Part shown: positions 61,419-64,000 of the stretch, in pieces
Layout of the letters: each line of letters starts with the position of its first letter
How positions within the stretch are numbered: the first letter of the stretch is position 1
DNA from: Patescibacteria group bacterium
Lineage (GTDB): Bacteria; Patescibacteriota; Patescibacteriia; Patescibacteriales; GWC2-42-12
Direction of reading: 5' to 3'
DNA length: 64,000 bases
Assembly: GCA_041662965.1 (NCBI GenBank)
Contig: JBAZRI010000005.1
Coordinates: 6,166-70,165 of the forward strand
Translations under genes and position numbers: made by a program
The notes under the pieces: model-generated
Told to the model about the DNA's origin: nothing
Databases searched by the model: none
Seen by the model: the letters and a program-made list of their open reading frames with translations, nothing else

Positions 61419-62054
61419 TCAGCTCAATCCGACCTCGTCAATCACCACCATTTTTCTGCCGTCTAAAATACCGTAGAGAAATATATCGGTAATATCGCGG
61501 CGGTATTTAAATTCTTGGCTGTCAAAAACCGTGAAATTAATTTCTTTGCCTAGCTCAACTTCCAATTCCCCGATTAGCTTTACCAGCTTAATCTTATTAA
61601 TTTTTCCCACAATCAGTATATCAATCAAGGTATTGGGGTTATTGACGAAAATACCGGTTAAAACCAAAAGTTTTACTTTGCCGATAGAGTTAAGTTTTCG
61701 CACGAAATCTTTTTCGTATAAAATCTGCGCTTTAACGATTAAAGCCTTAATCTCGTCGAATAAAACAAAATTAGGATTGGCGCGGAAATATTTTTTCTCT
61801 TGTCCTCCGGAGCCTTGGCACAGGGGGGCTTGACCGCCGGCCGCTTCCTTGGCGCCTTTCCCCTCTTCTTCATTTTTCATATCTGACGTTAAAATGCCGA
61901 ACTTTTCCAAATTCTCAAGTTCCCGCCTAACCGAATTAAGCTGAAGCTTAAGATCGCGAGATAATTGCCTGATATAAAATTTCTCCGTAGGATTTAAGAG
62001 AAACAGCTTTAATATTTTAACTCTGGCGTTTGAGCCGAATAATTTTTCTAGCAT
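61419..62054 (-). CDS. Winged-helix (ArsR-like) transcriptional regulator family protein
   Basis: ARVKILKLFLLNPTEKFYIRQLSRDLKLQLNSVRRELENLEKFGIL. Contains a GC-rich internal patch at 61803..61866. Confidence 0.55.
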   Translation of the reverse strand: MLEKLFGSNARVKILKLFLLNPTEKFYIRQLSRDLKLQLNSVRRELENLEKFGILTSDMKNEEEGKGAKEAAGGQAPLCQGSGGQEKKYFRANPNFVLFDEIKALIVKAQILYEKDFVRKLNSIGKVKLLVLTGIFVNNPNTLIDILIVGKINKIKLVKLIGELEVELGKEINFTVFDSQEFKYRRDITDIFLYGILDGRKMVVIDEVGLS

Positions 62055-62187
62055 ATTTTAAATTATTACTGCGGTTTATCTTAACTAATATCCATTATTC
62101 TCTTTTCTCTGAATTTATTGTATAATAAACTTATCATTTAGTCAAAGCTAATGTTTTTCAATGTTAGTTTAATTTTTGTTTATAATT

Positions 62188-64000
62188 ATGAATTACAAAA
62201 TAGCCCAATTCATCATAACTCCCGGCCAGCGCCATGAGCTAATCCATGAAATTTATATCGCCCAGCCGGACGCCAATAAAGAAGCTTTAGCCGGAAAACT
62301 GTTTGCTTTGATTGAGATTGAAGCAAAAAAAGCCGACAGCCTTAAAATCATTAATTTTTTAATTAACACCCTTAACCATAATTATTACCAAAACGAAAAA
62401 ATGATCCTGCGCGAACGGGTTTCGAGCATTAAGATAGAGCATATCTTTGAATCGGCTTTAGCTAAGACTAATAAAAAATTAGCGGAATTTTTACAAAGCG
62501 AGAAAATTAAATTAAACCCCGGTCTGGCCAATATTACCATCGGCGTAATCTATAACGACAGCTTGCATTTTTCCAATTTAGGAAAAAATAAAGCTCTTCT
62601 GGTCTATAAAAGTAAAGCCGAAGACAGCGCCAAATATAAATTAGCCGATATCACCGAGCAGACGGACAAAGGAGAAGCGAAAAAACCAACGAATTTAATC
62701 AAGCTATTTTCTAACGTCACGAGCGGCGCTTTGCCCCGCGGCGGCTATTTTATTTTCACTAACGAAACGTTTTCCGAATACCTTTCAGCCAAGCAGATTA
62801 TCAGCATTATAACTACCCTGCCCCCGGCCAGCGCGGCCGAGCAAATTAAAAATACGCTAAGCAAAATCAACGCTTACGTGCCTTTTCTGGGAATTATCAT
62901 AAAAAATACCGCTGGCCTGGAAATGCCGGAAATAAAAATCAAAGCGCCGGCCGCCTCGACTAAAATTTCCATTGAAAACTTAACCGCCACGGAAGATCAG
63001 ACTGAAAAATTACTTACTCCTTCCGGGCTGATTAACGCTAAAAAATGGTCGTCTCTTTTTAATAACTTAACCGGGCGCCTTAACTTAGGGCGAACCGATA
63101 AAATCAGCGGCCGGGCGTTTTTACTTAAAGATAAAATTTTCTCCGGAAAAAGGTCAAACTGGTTTTCACTTAAAAAAATCTTTAATTCTTTAAAAAATTA
63201 TCTGGCTCTCTTAATCAGTTTTTCCGTTTATATTTTTAGGCTATTAACGAGCAAAGAGAAGCTAGCCGAATTTTTTAATCAATCGCTTTCCGGCGCGAAA
63301 AATTTCTACCTAAAAATTAAAACAACGTCGTTTAAATCATATTTCTGGTTTAAAAATCTCGGCAAAATAAATAAAATCTTGCTATCGGTCTTTTTGCTCT
63401 GCTTGATAATTTTTTCTTCTAGCCTGGCCTGGCAGGGCATAAAAAATAAGCAAGCCAAAGATCAAACTGCTATCAGCCAATTAACCGCGGCCATTGAGCA
63501 AAAACAAAATCAAATTGACGCCAGCCTGTTATACAACAATGAGGCCGGGGCCAAAAAACTGCTTGAAGAAGTTAAAGCGCTGATAGCGGAATTGCCCCAG
63601 AAAAACCAAGCGCAAAAAGACCAATATAACGCCTTGATAGCCAAGCACCAAGTACAAATTGAAAAAATAAGCCGGGTTATCCGCGCCGACGCGACCGAAG
63701 TGGCTAATTTTATCAACCTTAACCCTAACGCTAAACCGACCAACATCGCGCTGGCCCAAGATAAAATCTTTGCCGCCGACGCGGGAGAAAATTCAATTTA
63801 CACTATTGACCTAAAAAGTAAACTCGTTACGGCCATAAATTTGGCCGATCAAAATATAAGCAAGCTTGATTTCCCCAATGCTGATAAAAATAATAATATC
63901 TCATATTTTAACGCCGGCAGCGTTGTTGTTCTTGACGCCAAAACAGAAAAATTATCAATTTTGGAAATTGACTATCCGGTTAAACCGCAGAAAATAATTG
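62188..64000 (+). CDS. Large hypothetical membrane protein, 3' end beyond the window
   Basis: Not in the track because it has no stop. Read by eye as open from ATG 62188 to the window end (604 codons): MNYKIAQFIITPGQRHELIHEIYIAQPD... A central TM segment is KILLSVFLLCLIIFSSSLAW. Confidence 0.75.
   Translation, partial: MNYKIAQFIITPGQRHELIHEIYIAQPDANKEALAGKLFALIEIEAKKADSLKIINFLINTLNHNYYQNEKMILRERVSSIKIEHIFESALAKTNKKLAEFLQSEKIKLNPGLANITIGVIYNDSLHFSNLGKNKALLVYKSKAEDSAKYKLADITEQTDKGEAKKPTNLIKLFSNVTSGALPRGGYFIFTNETFSEYLSAKQIISIITTLPPASAAEQIKNTLSKINAYVPFLGIIIKNTAGLEMPEIKIKAPAASTKISIENLTATEDQTEKLLTPSGLINAKKWSSLFNNLTGRLNLGRTDKISGRAFLLKDKIFSGKRSNWFSLKKIFNSLKNYLALLISFSVYIFRLLTSKEKLAEFFNQSLSGAKNFYLKIKTTSFKSYFWFKNLGKINKILLSVFLLCLIIFSSSLAWQGIKNKQAKDQTAISQLTAAIEQKQNQIDASLLYNNEAGAKKLLEEVKALIAELPQKNQAQKDQYNALIAKHQVQIEKISRVIRADATEVANFINLNPNAKPTNIALAQDKIFAADAGENSIYTIDLKSKLVTAINLADQNISKLDFPNADKNNNISYFNAGSVVVLDAKTEKLSILEIDYPVKPQKII

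Noticed and set aside
1-64000. Alternative genetic code (UGA recoding as in Gracilibacteria/Absconditabacteria)
   Set aside because: All conserved genes are intact under code 11, and TGA, TAG and TAA all terminate ORFs at sensible positions (for example TGA at 41104). The single in-frame TAG at 41072 is an isolated case.

Overview
The window is about 90% coding, and nearly all genes are on the minus strand. The content points to a Candidate Phyla Radiation / Patescibacteria (Parcubacteria-like) genome using the standard code. TGA and TAG both act as stops. This taxonomic call is inference only, because no rRNA is present.

Gene content:
- **1-3.5 kb:** an accessory island with a HEPN-MNT pair, a RhuM-like fragment and two convergent Fic genes.
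- **Housekeeping genes:** tgt, mreB, lexA, dnaX, cysS, a Dus-family gene and one tRNA-Gln(CUG).
- **Envelope genes:** two DUF4012 paralogs and a 15-kb envelope/glycosylation cluster. The cluster holds four GT4 genes, one GT2, DUF2304, a UDP-glucuronate decarboxylase-like gene, two GT-C-like membrane proteins, a methyltransferase and an S8 protease with FG-GAP repeats.
- **Transport and repair:** a MacB-type exporter operon with an orphan receiver domain, an ABC-2 exporter, an AlkD-like repair gene, a CorA-like channel, a large P-loop (T4CP/HerA-FtsK-like) membrane ATPase and an M23 peptidase.

The most unusual signals are non-genic:
1. Several families of modular GC-rich palindromic repeats sit in AT-rich spacers. 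Their stems change sequence between copies but stay complementary.
2. Two families of roughly 100-nt rod-like hairpin elements sit inside operon junctions, and one locus shows three families nested inside each other.
3. The same modules are inserted in frame into real genes (DUF4012, cysS, a GT-C gene, and possibly the Dus and wHTH genes).
4. Translation signals split into two classes. Every long conserved gene I checked lacks a Shine-Dalgarno motif, while nine small unknown ORFs carry strong GGAGG motifs. Two of those groups have their own palindrome-bearing promoters.

No CRISPR array, transposase, integrase or rRNA was seen. All protein family calls come from motif recognition by eye, with no database search.
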